64,000 bases of DNA. Origin: an uncultured virus (IMG/VR IMGVR_UViG_3300021959_000013) (lineage: Duplodnaviria; Heunggongvirae; Uroviricota; Caudoviricetes). The position numbers and the translations under genes are program-made. Shown one piece after another: positions 30,655 through 40,167 of the stretch. The notes below the pieces were generated by a model. The model worked only from the letters and a program-made list of their open reading frames with translations, did no database searches and was not told the DNA's origin. The stretch lies in the IMG/VR virus record IMGVR_UViG_3300021959_000013, one strand, 5' to 3'. The stretch's first letter is position 1. Each line of letters starts with the position of its first letter.

Positions 30655-31028
30655 ATCCTTTCGAATATTTAAAAGCAATCAATGAAACCAAGAAAGATAT
30701 TATGGTCGACGATATTGCTGAAAAGGAATACAATCCTTTCATCATAAATCGCGGTCTTTCTTTCTTTAAAGATACTATATTGTATGCTAATGAAATGAAT
30801 ATCCATCATCACCTAGACCATCGCGTTCAGTTTGATTTTCTTATAAATATAATTAGAAAGAAGAAAAGATGGTCTAAATGGATTAAGGCCAGTGATATTG
30901 ACCATCTTGAACTCATCAAAGAAAATTATGGGTATAGTGATGAAAAAGCTAAATCAGCGTTATCTCTAATTAATGATGAACAAATTGAACAATTGAAACA
31001 AAGGATATATAAAGGTGGAAAACGATAA
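30651..31028 (+). CDS. gp62: Clamp loader small subunit gp62
   Basis: YNPFIINRGLS, ANEMN, KKRWSKW, YGYS.EKA. Confidence 0.93.
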   Translation: MNPFEYLKAINETKKDIMVDDIAEKEYNPFIINRGLSFFKDTILYANEMNIHHHLDHRVQFDFLINIIRKKKRWSKWIKASDIDHLELIKENYGYSDEKAKSALSLINDEQIEQLKQRIYKGGKR

Positions 31029-31455
31029 CACTCAAATACAAATAAAAGATTGGACTCCAGGCAGTATGCTTGAAGTCTCTCTTAGAGAACCAGATGACTT
31101 TTTAAAGATACGAGAAACGCTAACGCGTATAGGTGTAGCTTCTCGTAAAGACCAGAAGTTATTTCAATCTTGCCATATTTTACATAAGCAAGGTAGATAT
31201 TTTATAGTTCATTTTAAAGAACTATTTTTGCTAGATGGAAAGCCATCTAGTTTATTAGAGAACGATGTGCAAAGACGAAATACAATCGCAACATTACTCG
31301 CCGACTGGGGTTTAGTAACGATTATGAAGCCGGAGATGGCTAAAGAATTAGCACCATTGAGACAGATAAAGGTGATTCCTTTTAAGGAAAAAACTCAATG
31401 GGAACTATGCCCTAAGTATAACATAGGGAATTCCAACAATGGAGAAAAGAATTAA
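31015..31455 (+). CDS. regA: Translational repressor RegA
   Basis: DDFLKIRETLTRIGVAS, QSCHILHKQGRYFIVHFKELF. Confidence 0.97.
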   Translation: MENDNTQIQIKDWTPGSMLEVSLREPDDFLKIRETLTRIGVASRKDQKLFQSCHILHKQGRYFIVHFKELFLLDGKPSSLLENDVQRRNTIATLLADWGLVTIMKPEMAKELAPLRQIKVIPFKEKTQWELCPKYNIGNSNNGEKN

Positions 31456-31528
31456 TAGAGCCTGGAAACTATTTCATAAATTTATGAAATCAGGTAGATT
31501 AAACAAAGTAGTAAAACACTACTTATAA
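31439..31528 (+). CDS. Small basic ORF (29 aa, MEKRINRAWKLF...)
   Basis: Translated by hand; overlaps regA end and fills the gap. Confidence 0.4.
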   Translation: MEKRINRAWKLFHKFMKSGRLNKVVKHYL

Positions 31529-31560
31529 ACAAAATTTATTTAAACTAGCATTTAAGCTTG

Positions 31561-31568
31561 TATAAATA
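31561..31568 (+). promoter_or_regulatory. Late promoter TATAAATA (hsp20)
   Basis: Exact consensus. Confidence 0.7.
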
Positions 31569-31577
31569 TATCTGAAA

Positions 31578-31633
31578 GAGTGCGGTATTGGACCGGCTCT
31601 AACAAACCTTGCTATATATAGGAGGAACTAAAA
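31578..31633 (+). promoter_or_regulatory. ROSE-like RNA thermometer in hsp20 leader
   Basis: CCTTGCT (31607-13) pairs with SD AGGAGG (31620-25) with a bulged G; additional 5' hairpin. Confidence 0.7.
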
Positions 31634-32089
31634 ATGGTAAGAAATACTTTGAACGTACCACGTTCACTATTCGTCGGATTCGATACTTTATTTGAAGACC
31701 TGGAAAGGATTCATCAAAGTGCGAGGTCCGGAACTGATAACTATCCACCACATAACGTTGTGAAAATAGACGATGAGAAATTTCTCATTGAGCTAGCAAT
31801 TGCTGGATTTAAAGAAAAGGATATATCCTTGGAACTTAAAGATGGCATATTGAAAATCAAGGGAGAGGTGGAATCGGTATCGCGTGAATACGCGTATAAA
31901 GGTATATCGTCCCGCAAATTCGAGAAATCATTTCGACTCTCAGAATTTGTTGTAATAGACGGTGCTGATTTGAAAGATGGAATACTTGTAGTGTATGCTA
32001 GAGTAGAACTTCCGGAAGAGAAGCGTCCTAGAAAGATCGAATTAGGGTCTGCTGGGGCATCAAAGAAGAAAGAATATCTCGTTGAATAG
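31634..32089 (+). CDS. hsp20: Small heat-shock protein Hsp20/IbpA-like
   Basis: FVGFD, NYPPHN, IELAIAGF, KGISSRKF, LKDGIL. Confidence 0.95.
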   Translation: MVRNTLNVPRSLFVGFDTLFEDLERIHQSARSGTDNYPPHNVVKIDDEKFLIELAIAGFKEKDISLELKDGILKIKGEVESVSREYAYKGISSRKFEKSFRLSEFVVIDGADLKDGILVVYARVELPEEKRPRKIELGSAGASKKKEYLVE

Positions 32090-32152
32090 AGATATACTGG
32101 CGAGCAGCGAAACTCAGTAGATATGTACACAACACATTTACTGGAGAACAAC

Positions 32153-32293
32153 ATGAAACATATAACTCATTTTATTGACAAATATGAAGACGTTGCCGAG
32201 GCCTTAAAAACTACTATCTTTGCTGTTATTATTACGGGGTTAATTTTAGGATTAGCACCAATGTTAATGGTAATGCAATATAACAGTATTTAA
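32153..32293 (+). CDS. Small membrane protein (46 aa)
   Basis: GGAG RBS; MKHITHFIDKYEDVAEALK followed by a hydrophobic segment. Confidence 0.55.
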   Translation: MKHITHFIDKYEDVAEALKTTIFAVIITGLILGLAPMLMVMQYNSI

Positions 32294-32315
32294 GACCAAA
32301 TTGACTAAATCATGC

Positions 32316-32348
32316 GGGGAGTAAGAAATTGCTCCCCAATCTTTAATT
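32316..32348 (+). terminator. Terminator-like hairpin
   Basis: GGGGAGTAA-GAAA-TTGCTCCCC then AT-rich tail. Confidence 0.65.
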
Positions 32349-32369
32349 GAAAATAAATGCAAATAAACC

Positions 32370-32398
32370 TTTACATTTAAACTAAACTATGGTATAAT
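32370..32398 (+). promoter_or_regulatory. Sigma70-type promoter (gp43)
   Basis: TTTACA-N17-TATAAT. Confidence 0.85.
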
Positions 32399-32404
32399 AT
32401 ACAT

Positions 32405-34936
32405 ATGATGAAATTCTATACTAATGTGTCTCGATATGGCAATATGATTCTTTTACGAGGATATGACCATGGAAGACGAATTGAAAAGAAAGTCAAATAC
32501 GAACCAATCCTTTTTACATCTACTAATCTTCCTACTAAGTGGAAATCACTTGATGGAAATCCTGTTGGTGTAGCAAATGCTGGTAAAAGATTCGAGTCTA
32601 TGAGGACTGCAAACGAATATGTACAAGCAAACAAAGGAGTGTCTGGTAAGAAAATATACGGAAACACAAAGTACGTTCCAGCATTCATTAATGATTACTA
32701 TCCTGGTAATATTGAATTCGATAGAAACAAAATCAATGTATCAACAATCGATATTGAAGTTGCTTCTGACGACGGATTCCCTGAGCCTGAAAAAGCTGAC
32801 CATAAGATTACCGCAATTTGTATGAAAAACAATATTGGTAATACTTACTATGTCTGGGGCTTAGGTGATTATGATACTGACAAATCTTATATGAAAGACC
32901 ACATGGTTGTATATCGTAAGTTTGACCGTGAAGATGATTTACTTATTAACTTTATTACTCACTGGTCATCTCAACAATATTGTCCTGACGTCGTCACTGG
33001 TTGGAATTCAAGGTTCTTTGATATTCCATATCTTGTAAATAGAATCAATCGTATGCTTGGAGAAGCTTATGTCAAAAGACTTAGTCCTTGGGGAATGATT
33101 GATAGACAAGACGTAACTAAGATGGGAAGGACTCAAACTGCTTATGAACTTAAAGGTATATCTCAACTTGATTACCTTGACCTATTTAAGAAGTTTGGCT
33201 ATTCGTATGGTCCACAAGAATCATACAAACTCGACAACATTGCTCATGTCGTGCTTGGAGAAAAGAAACTATCTTACGATGAGTATTCGAATCTCCATAC
33301 TCTTTACAAACACAATCATCAAAAGTTTATCGATTATAATATTAAAGACGTTGAGCTTGTCGATAAAATCGAAGATAAACTTGGATTGATTACTCTTTGC
33401 ATGACGATGGCTTATAAAGCTGGAGTTAACTATAACGATACATTTGGTACTACAATGATATGGGATACGATTATCTATCGAAGATTATTCGCTAACAATA
33501 TTGCTATACCATTTGTTGAAGATAAAACTAAATCAAACTATCCAGGTGGCTTTGTTAAAGACCCACAAGTAGGAATACATGATAATGTTGTTTCGTTTGA
33601 CTTAAACTCTCTTTATCCTTCAATCATTATGCAATACAATATGTCGCCAGAAACAATTGCAAATGGAGAGATTACTCAGTTCGATATCGATGATGCAATC
33701 ACTTCGCATAAAATGTCTTCTAATAGAGGTAAAGCTCTTGCAGCAAATGGTCAATATTTCAATGTAGATAAGCCAGGCATAATCCCATTCATCATCGATG
33801 AAATGTACAAAGAGCGTGTAGGGATTAAAAAAGAAATGATTAACGCTCAAAAACAAAAAGAACAGGTAGATAAAAATGACAAACAAAAACTATATCAAAT
33901 CGAAAGAGACATTGCAATCGCAGAAAACAGACAAATGGCCATTAAGATTTTACTCAATAGTCTTTATGGCGCTCTTGGCAATCGTTATTTCAGATTCTTT
34001 GACCAGAGGATTGCTGAAGCCATTACCCTTACCGGACAACTTACAATTCGATGGGCCGAATTTTCACTTAACACCTATCTTAACAGAGTGCTTAAACCTG
34101 CAAAATGGAAAGACTATGTTATTGCCATCGACACGGACTCGTTGTATGTATGCCTAGATGATTTTGTACAGAAGTTTAAACCTGAAAACAAAATCGATTT
34201 CCTAGACAAAATTGCCAGTGAAGCATTAGAACCTGAGCTTGCAAAGTCATACGACCAACTGTATAAATATCTTGGCGGTGTAGATAATCGTATGGTTATG
34301 AAACGTGAAGCAATCGCTGACCGTGCGCTTTGGACTGCAAAGAAAAGATATATTATGAATGTACATGATAACGAAGGTGTAAGATATAAAGAACCAAAGC
34401 TTAAAATTATGGGTATTGAAGCCATTAAGTCTTCTACACCTGAACCATGTCGTGACGCTCTTAAAAATATATTCAAAGTCATTATGAAAGAAGATGAAAG
34501 AACAGTACAAGAAGCTATTGAACAGTTCAAAAACTATTTCAAAACTCTTGACCCTGACCAAATCGCATTTCCTCGTGGAGTAACTCAAGTTAAGAAGTTT
34601 CAAGATAGAAATTCGTTGTATAAAAAAGGTACACCCATTCACGTTCGTGGCTCGATACTCTATAACAAACTGATTGAAGACATGCAACTTAAAAAGAAAT
34701 ACGAGCTCATTAACAACGGCGAGAAGATTAAGTTCTTATATCTTCGCCAACCAAATTCAATTCATGAAAATGTTATTGCTTTTCCATCCTACCTCCCAGA
34801 GGAGTTTGGCTTAAGGAAATACATAGACCATGAGACTCAATTTCAAAAAACATTCCTTGACCCTATTGAACCAGTCTTGGAAGCAGTAGGTTGGTCTTCG
34901 AAAGAAGTAGCAAACCTTGAGGATTTTTTTGGATAA
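32405..34936 (+). CDS. gp43: Family B DNA polymerase gp43
   Basis: DIEV exonuclease, SFDLNSLYPS, KILLNSLYG, IDTDS, KKRY; C-terminal NLEDFFG. Confidence 0.98.
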   Translation: MMKFYTNVSRYGNMILLRGYDHGRRIEKKVKYEPILFTSTNLPTKWKSLDGNPVGVANAGKRFESMRTANEYVQANKGVSGKKIYGNTKYVPAFINDYYPGNIEFDRNKINVSTIDIEVASDDGFPEPEKADHKITAICMKNNIGNTYYVWGLGDYDTDKSYMKDHMVVYRKFDREDDLLINFITHWSSQQYCPDVVTGWNSRFFDIPYLVNRINRMLGEAYVKRLSPWGMIDRQDVTKMGRTQTAYELKGISQLDYLDLFKKFGYSYGPQESYKLDNIAHVVLGEKKLSYDEYSNLHTLYKHNHQKFIDYNIKDVELVDKIEDKLGLITLCMTMAYKAGVNYNDTFGTTMIWDTIIYRRLFANNIAIPFVEDKTKSNYPGGFVKDPQVGIHDNVVSFDLNSLYPSIIMQYNMSPETIANGEITQFDIDDAITSHKMSSNRGKALAANGQYFNVDKPGIIPFIIDEMYKERVGIKKEMINAQKQKEQVDKNDKQKLYQIERDIAIAENRQMAIKILLNSLYGALGNRYFRFFDQRIAEAITLTGQLTIRWAEFSLNTYLNRVLKPAKWKDYVIAIDTDSLYVCLDDFVQKFKPENKIDFLDKIASEALEPELAKSYDQLYKYLGGVDNRMVMKREAIADRALWTAKKRYIMNVHDNEGVRYKEPKLKIMGIEAIKSSTPEPCRDALKNIFKVIMKEDERTVQEAIEQFKNYFKTLDPDQIAFPRGVTQVKKFQDRNSLYKKGTPIHVRGSILYNKLIEDMQLKKKYELINNGEKIKFLYLRQPNSIHENVIAFPSYLPEEFGLRKYIDHETQFQKTFLDPIEPVLEAVGWSSKEVANLEDFFG

Positions 34937-34941
34937 AAACG

Positions 34942-34970
34942 TTTACATTTACGTAAAAATGTGGTATAAT
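34942..34970 (+). promoter_or_regulatory. Sigma70-type promoter
   Basis: TTTACA-N17-TATAAT. Confidence 0.85.
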
Positions 34971-34990
34971 AGACTAATATGGAGAAAAAT

Positions 34991-35269
34991 ATGAAATTAG
35001 TAAGACTATCCTCAGGAGAGGAAGTTATCGGTAAAGTAGTAGAGAATGAAGATTCAATTACAATCACAGATGGATATTCACTTATTCCAGCTGGAGAAGG
35101 TAAGATTGGATTCATGCCGTTTATGGCTTATACAAAAGCTAAAGATGGTATTACTATTGATAACAAATTTGTGCTATTCATCGTTGACCCAGTTGACCAA
35201 ATCGTTGACCAGGTAAGAGAGATGGACAGTGGAATACAAGTAGCATCAAGTAAAATAGTAGGTGTATAA
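34991..35269 (+). CDS. Hypothetical Sm-like protein
   Basis: MKLVRLSSGEEVIG; GGAG RBS before 34991 (alternative start 34979). Confidence 0.7.
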   Translation: MKLVRLSSGEEVIGKVVENEDSITITDGYSLIPAGEGKIGFMPFMAYTKAKDGITIDNKFVLFIVDPVDQIVDQVREMDSGIQVASSKIVGV

Positions 35270-35676
35270 TGAATTGGGTAAAAGATATTCAAGACATGCA
35301 ATACAAGTATGGTGTAAAGAAATGGATGCACGATAATCAAGATGATGCAAAAAAGCTACGTAGCTATTTAGAATTCAGGATTAAATTCATAAGAGAAGAA
35401 CTTATGGAAACTGAAGCAGCATTAACTAACGACGATGCAGAAGAAATCGTCGATGGTCTTATCGATATTTGTGTAGTTGCTATTGGTACTCTTGACGCAT
35501 TTGGCGTCGACCCATACAAAGCTTGGGATGAAGTACTTAAAGCAAACTTAAATAAAACAGTAGGAGTAAAACCTGAAAGACCCAATCCACTAGGATTGCC
35601 GGACCTAATCAAACCAGAAGGTTGGGAAGGTCCAAGTCATGAAGGAAATCATGGTAAGTTTAACAATATTCGATAG
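35269..35676 (+). CDS. All-alpha NTP pyrophosphohydrolase (MazG/PRA-PH-like)
   Basis: EELME..EEIVDGLID, V.KAN..K, DLIKPEGW. Confidence 0.85.
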   Translation: MNWVKDIQDMQYKYGVKKWMHDNQDDAKKLRSYLEFRIKFIREELMETEAALTNDDAEEIVDGLIDICVVAIGTLDAFGVDPYKAWDEVLKANLNKTVGVKPERPNPLGLPDLIKPEGWEGPSHEGNHGKFNNIR

Positions 35677-36568
35677 TATATACGACAACAAAACAGATAA
35701 GCGTATGGATTACAATAGTTTCGACGAGTTCGAGGCTATTCTCTATAAGCTTTCTGAGTCGACTAAATATCCTACAAAGAAAGATGCTCCGCTTTTAAGT
35801 CCTGCAATATATCAAACTGGTACTACTCGTGCAAATGATAATGTCGTAGGTTGGGCTGGCTTTGGTATTCTTGATATTGATGATTATAGCGGTGATATGA
35901 AAGATATTGAATCAAAGTATGATAAGTATCGTTATGTATGTTATTCAACAGCATCATCTACAGTTGAGTCACCAAAGTTTAGACTTGTCTTTCCATTAAC
36001 TGATGTCGTTAACAAAGAAGACATTAAGCATTTTTGGTATGCTTTAAATAAAGAGATTGGTGATATTGCCGATGCTCAAACCAAAGACCTAAGCAGAATG
36101 TATTATGTTCCTGCTAAATATAAAAACAGTTTTAACTTCATATTCTCTCATGATGGAGATACTATGGACCCACATAAACTTATGGAACAATATCCATACG
36201 TTAAACCTAATCAAACAATGTTCGATCGATTTCCTGAAGCAATACAAAAAGCTTTGCTTGAAAGAAAAAGAAACGAATTAAACAATACAAATTATACATG
36301 GACATCATATCGTGATTGTCCCTTTGTTAATAAGAAACAAGTTGATGAATATAAAGTAATCAATGGAACTGGCTGGTATGCAAAAATGTATCAAATCATG
36401 TTAACAACAGCTGGCAATGCTCATAGTAAAGGATATCCAATTACACCAAAAGAAATCGAATATATCTGTAGAGATTTAGATACTGATACAGGTGGTTGGT
36501 ATAATAAAAGAGATTTAGAAAAAGAAGCTGCACGAGCTATCGAATTCGTGTTTAAAAATAACATATAG
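35651..36568 (+). CDS. Putative archaeo-eukaryotic-type primase/PrimPol
   Basis: LDIDD, YSTASS...PKFRLVFPL, KDLSRMYYVP; helical C-terminal domain. Confidence 0.7.
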   Translation: MVSLTIFDSIYDNKTDKRMDYNSFDEFEAILYKLSESTKYPTKKDAPLLSPAIYQTGTTRANDNVVGWAGFGILDIDDYSGDMKDIESKYDKYRYVCYSTASSTVESPKFRLVFPLTDVVNKEDIKHFWYALNKEIGDIADAQTKDLSRMYYVPAKYKNSFNFIFSHDGDTMDPHKLMEQYPYVKPNQTMFDRFPEAIQKALLERKRNELNNTNYTWTSYRDCPFVNKKQVDEYKVINGTGWYAKMYQIMLTTAGNAHSKGYPITPKEIEYICRDLDTDTGGWYNKRDLEKEAARAIEFVFKNNI

Positions 36569-36576
36569 GAGTTAAT

Positions 36577-36771
36577 ATGACAGAAAGAGAAGTATACCAT
36601 CAATATCAAAAAGGTAATAGAATGGCAAAGGTATATAAAACAAAACTAGGGTTTGAAGTTGATTTAATTGAAGGCACTGATTTTCATGCAACAAGAAAAG
36701 TCCACAATCATTCAGAAAGATATGCTGAGAATACAGCAGAAAATTGGGTAGAAGGTATTATTAATGAATAA
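36577..36771 (+). CDS. Hypothetical protein
   Basis: GGAG RBS; HSERYAENTAENWV. Confidence 0.65.
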   Translation: MTEREVYHQYQKGNRMAKVYKTKLGFEVDLIEGTDFHATRKVHNHSERYAENTAENWVEGIINE

Positions 36772-37285
36772 AAATACGCACCCGTTTAAAGCGTTTTTAT
36801 ATGGCATGGGATTTGGAGCGTTGTTAATGTTTATATTGTTACTACCAGGCCAATTAAAAGCAAGTGATGCTAACAATGATATTTATTGTATGGCTCAAAA
36901 CATATACTTTGAAGCTGGCAATCAGCCATTAGCTGGAAAAGTTGCAGTAGCTCATGTAGTACTTAATAGATTAGAACATATGAATTATCCAACTTCAATT
37001 TGTGGAGTTATATACCAAGCAAAATTAAAACAAAATTGGAAAGGTAATATGGTGCCAATACTGCATCAATGCCAATTCAGTTGGTACTGTGATGGAAAAT
37101 CTGACGACCCAGTAGATAGTCCAACATGGTTAAAATCTCTACACATTGCGAGAGATGTAATACAAGGAGCTTATCCGGATATTACAGAGGGGTCAACACA
37201 TTATCATAACGATAGTGTTTATCCTTATTGGGCTGAATCGCTAAATGAAACAGTCTATATTAATAATCACATATTCTACAAATAG
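36764..37285 (+). CDS. SleB/Hydrolase_2 cell wall hydrolase with N-terminal TM segment
   Basis: CMAQNIYFEA, VAHVVLNR, CQFSWYCDG, HYH, HIFY. Confidence 0.92.
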   Translation: MNKNTHPFKAFLYGMGFGALLMFILLLPGQLKASDANNDIYCMAQNIYFEAGNQPLAGKVAVAHVVLNRLEHMNYPTSICGVIYQAKLKQNWKGNMVPILHQCQFSWYCDGKSDDPVDSPTWLKSLHIARDVIQGAYPDITEGSTHYHNDSVYPYWAESLNETVYINNHIFYK

Positions 37286-37294
37286 GAGAGAAAT

Positions 37295-37705
37295 ATGCAT
37301 TTCATGAAAATAATGAAAACGGTGTTGGTCACAAGAGCAACAGATTTTAACAGCAGAAGCGACAGACCAGAATTTTGGTGGTTTACTTTATATGCAACTA
37401 TAGTGGCAGGACTGCTTATGTTAGTCGATAACTTTGTCATCGGTAAAACATTCTTTAGTATTGTTGACCCATTTAGTGATAATCATGAAAGTGGAATATT
37501 AGTATTTCTATTTTTAATTGGAACACTAATTCAAAGTATATCTTTAACAGCAAGAAGATTACATGATAGAGGTCATAGTGGTTGGTGGCAATTATTGTTT
37601 GTCGTACCAGGACTAAACTTTATACCTTTATATTGGTCAGTAAGACAAGCTAAAGATGTGCCAGAAGCGCTTAAATACAAAAACCCATACGGAAAAAGAA
37701 CATGA
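37295..37705 (+). CDS. DUF805/YhaH-like inner membrane protein
   Basis: RS.RPEFWWF, RRLHDRGHSGWW. Confidence 0.88.
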   Translation: MHFMKIMKTVLVTRATDFNSRSDRPEFWWFTLYATIVAGLLMLVDNFVIGKTFFSIVDPFSDNHESGILVFLFLIGTLIQSISLTARRLHDRGHSGWWQLLFVVPGLNFIPLYWSVRQAKDVPEALKYKNPYGKRT

Positions 37706-37965
37706 AAATGATAGGAAACAATGTACTTATCAGTGAAGTGCAAAAAGATAATACATCAGCTGGCGGTATTATACTTACCGATACAATTGACAAAGCAAGT
37801 AAACCAGGACTAGTTTTAGCTGTAAGTACAGAAGCTCTTGGTCCATTAATGTCAGGCCAAAGAGTATTTTTAGATTGGTCAAAATCAATGCCAGTAAATG
37901 TCGATGGAAAGGCTGCTGTTATTATTGATGCTGAACATATAAAAGCAATTATATCAGAAGAATAA
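37702..37965 (+). CDS. GroES-like co-chaperonin
   Basis: TSAGGIIL mobile loop, G.VLAV. Confidence 0.85.
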   Translation: MKMIGNNVLISEVQKDNTSAGGIILTDTIDKASKPGLVLAVSTEALGPLMSGQRVFLDWSKSMPVNVDGKAAVIIDAEHIKAIISEE

Positions 37966-37967
37966 TT

Positions 37968-38387
37968 ATGGTAACTAAAAAAGAAAAGATGGGTGACATA
38001 GGCGAAAAGCTTGTGTTTGAGTATTACAATGGTACACAAAGTACGTATAAGTATGATAGTGAAAAGGATGGAATGATTGGTAAAGAAACTGCAGAAGTTA
38101 AGACGCAAAATCGACATCCATTTGGTTATTTTACAGTTAACACTGCTTGGAAAAACCAAGCCAAGAAATGTAAATCTGTTGACCGTCTTTTCTTTGTTGA
38201 GTATGATAATTCTCCTGACGCAATGTTATGGGAATGTACTGATAGAGAAGACACTACAATGATAACAACTAAGAATGGCAGAAAAATGGAAGGTTGGCCA
38301 ATTAGTAAAATGAAACTTATAACAACCTTTCCAGGCAAAGGCGATGAACTACGTAAACATACAAGTAGTAAAATATTTAAAAAATAA
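37968..38387 (+). CDS. Putative PD-(D/E)XK nuclease
   Basis: GDIGE...KDG...AEVKTQ motif. Confidence 0.55.
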   Translation: MVTKKEKMGDIGEKLVFEYYNGTQSTYKYDSEKDGMIGKETAEVKTQNRHPFGYFTVNTAWKNQAKKCKSVDRLFFVEYDNSPDAMLWECTDREDTTMITTKNGRKMEGWPISKMKLITTFPGKGDELRKHTSSKIFKK

Positions 38388-38390
38388 ACC

Positions 38391-38419
38391 TTTACATTTA
38401 TGCCAAAGTATGGTATAAT
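38391..38419 (+). promoter_or_regulatory. Sigma70-type promoter heading the DNA-modification cluster
   Basis: TTTACA-N17-TATAAT. Confidence 0.85.
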
Positions 38420-38448
38420 AGATATATTAAATAAATTATGGAGACATT

Positions 38449-38781
38449 ATGAAAGAAAGCTTAAGAGTCCTGCAAGAATGCGCAGAACTACAAACTAAAA
38501 AATCTCAAGACTATCAAAGTTCTGAATCAACAGTAGTACAAGCAATGCATTATAGACGTGGCATTGATACGATTCATGATATTATTCTTGGTAAAATGAT
38601 GAGAGCAACTTCATTGCTTGAATCAGCTGATGACCCAAACTTCGAAAGCATTGAAGATACTTACAAAGACATGATTAACTATTGTTCTTTTGCAGTTGCT
38701 TATGCTCGTGGTAAAATGGAAGGTCAAGACCCGCAAAGAGATATGTTTAATAACAAGGTGACAAATGTATCAAGTGAATAG
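38449..38781 (+). CDS. DUF1599/nucleotide-modification-associated all-alpha protein
   Basis: KKSQDY...K..R...ESIEDT..DMINY pattern. Confidence 0.7.
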   Translation: MKESLRVLQECAELQTKKSQDYQSSESTVVQAMHYRRGIDTIHDIILGKMMRATSLLESADDPNFESIEDTYKDMINYCSFAVAYARGKMEGQDPQRDMFNNKVTNVSSE

Positions 38782-39451
38782 TACAGCAGATATTGCAGAA
38801 GTATTTAAGAAACATCTTAAAGCTGGTAACTTTGTTAAAGACAAAACTGGTGTAGATACTATAGAAGTTATTGGTGCTTCTTTTGTTGCTGATAAACCAG
38901 CAATATTTGGTACACCAAATCAAGATTATATTCAAGCCGAACTAGATTGGTATGAATCATGTTCTACTAATATAACAGATATCTATCCTGAAGGAGATAA
39001 AGAACCACCTCAAGCTTGGCAGTATACTGCTAATGTTCATGGTGAAATCAATTCTAATTATGGTCATCTTATATTCAGTAAAACATACCATAGACAATAC
39101 AATCAAGTTCTTAAAGAATTAAGCGAGGTTAATCCAGATTCTCGTAGAGCATCAATGATATATCAAAGACCAAGTATATGGCGTGAATATAAAGAAAATG
39201 GTAAGAATGATTTTATCTGTACTAATGCAGTGACTTATTATATTCGTGACGGATACTTACACGCTGCAGTTCAAATGAGAAGCAATGATGTTATGTTTGG
39301 ATATAGAAATGATTATGCTTGGCAAAGATATGTACAAGAAAAACTACAAAAAGATTTATATTTCAGTGGTGTTCATATCGAACTTGGTCATATGTATTGG
39401 CAAGTACAAAACCTTCATGTTTATGAGAGGCATTTCGATCTTGTTAAGTAA
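38765..39451 (+). CDS. dCMP hydroxymethylase (T4 gp42-like, thymidylate synthase fold)
   Basis: DSRRA, DFICTN (catalytic Cys), MRSNDVMFGYRNDYAWQ with the Asp that selects cytosine, NLHVYERHF. Confidence 0.88.
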   Translation: MYQVNSTADIAEVFKKHLKAGNFVKDKTGVDTIEVIGASFVADKPAIFGTPNQDYIQAELDWYESCSTNITDIYPEGDKEPPQAWQYTANVHGEINSNYGHLIFSKTYHRQYNQVLKELSEVNPDSRRASMIYQRPSIWREYKENGKNDFICTNAVTYYIRDGYLHAAVQMRSNDVMFGYRNDYAWQRYVQEKLQKDLYFSGVHIELGHMYWQVQNLHVYERHFDLVK

Positions 39452-39881
39452 GTGGGATAAAAGATTTCTTGATATAGCTAAATCTGTATCAACCTGGAGT
39501 AAAGACCCAAGTAGAAAAATTGGAGCTATCGCTGTAAGAAATAGAAAAATATTGTCTACAGGATATAATGGGTTTCCTAAAGGTATAGAAGATACTGAAG
39601 AAAGATACAATAAGAGAGAAATTAAGTATCAATATGTTGTACATGCTGAAATGAACTGTATATATAATGCAGCAGAAAATGGTATATCATTAAAAGATTC
39701 TACATTATACATTTATGGTTTACCAGTATGTGGAGATTGTTCATTGGGAATAATACAAGCAGGAGTATTAAGAGTTGTTGCAGTCTCTCAAGCTACTCCA
39801 GATAGATGGAAAACTGCAATAGGCAAAACAGATGAAATATTTAAAGAGGCAGGAGTAGAATATGAATTCACAGAAGTTTGA
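39423..39881 (+). CDS. dCMP deaminase (start uncertain: 39423 ATG or 39441 TTG)
   Basis: WSKDPS, GYNGFP, HAEMN, PVCGDC. Confidence 0.92.
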   Translation: MRGISILLSKWDKRFLDIAKSVSTWSKDPSRKIGAIAVRNRKILSTGYNGFPKGIEDTEERYNKREIKYQYVVHAEMNCIYNAAENGISLKDSTLYIYGLPVCGDCSLGIIQAGVLRVVAVSQATPDRWKTAIGKTDEIFKEAGVEYEFTEV

Positions 39882-40167
39882 CGAAAAAGAACTACAAAAT
39901 TCAAAGCGTATATTTAAGAGTGCAACTCCTAAGTATACAATTGATTGGTATATTAAATGGGTAGCATCAGCTATTCTTTTAATTGCTATGGCAAGCAGGT
40001 CTAATCCTGAACTTGCTCTCTATGACCAAACGTTTTCCTTAGTTGGAACATTCGGTTGGTTAATAGTAGCTCTTATCTGGAAAGATAGAGCATTGATAAT
40101 TTTAAACACAGCAGCAGTCATTATCCTCGGAAGTGGTCTGATAAGTGTTATAACTAATAGTATATAG
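39862..40167 (+). CDS. Small membrane protein (about 3 TM)
   Basis: WYIKWVAS, WKDRALIILN; hydrophobic segments. Confidence 0.7.
   Translation: MNSQKFDEKELQNSKRIFKSATPKYTIDWYIKWVASAILLIAMASRSNPELALYDQTFSLVGTFGWLIVALIWKDRALIILNTAAVIILGSGLISVITNSI

Noticed and set aside
38765..39451. Calling this ORF thymidylate synthase (td)
   Set aside because: The RNDYAWQ Asp and DFICTN context match T4 dCMP hydroxymethylase; ThyA has Asn at that position.
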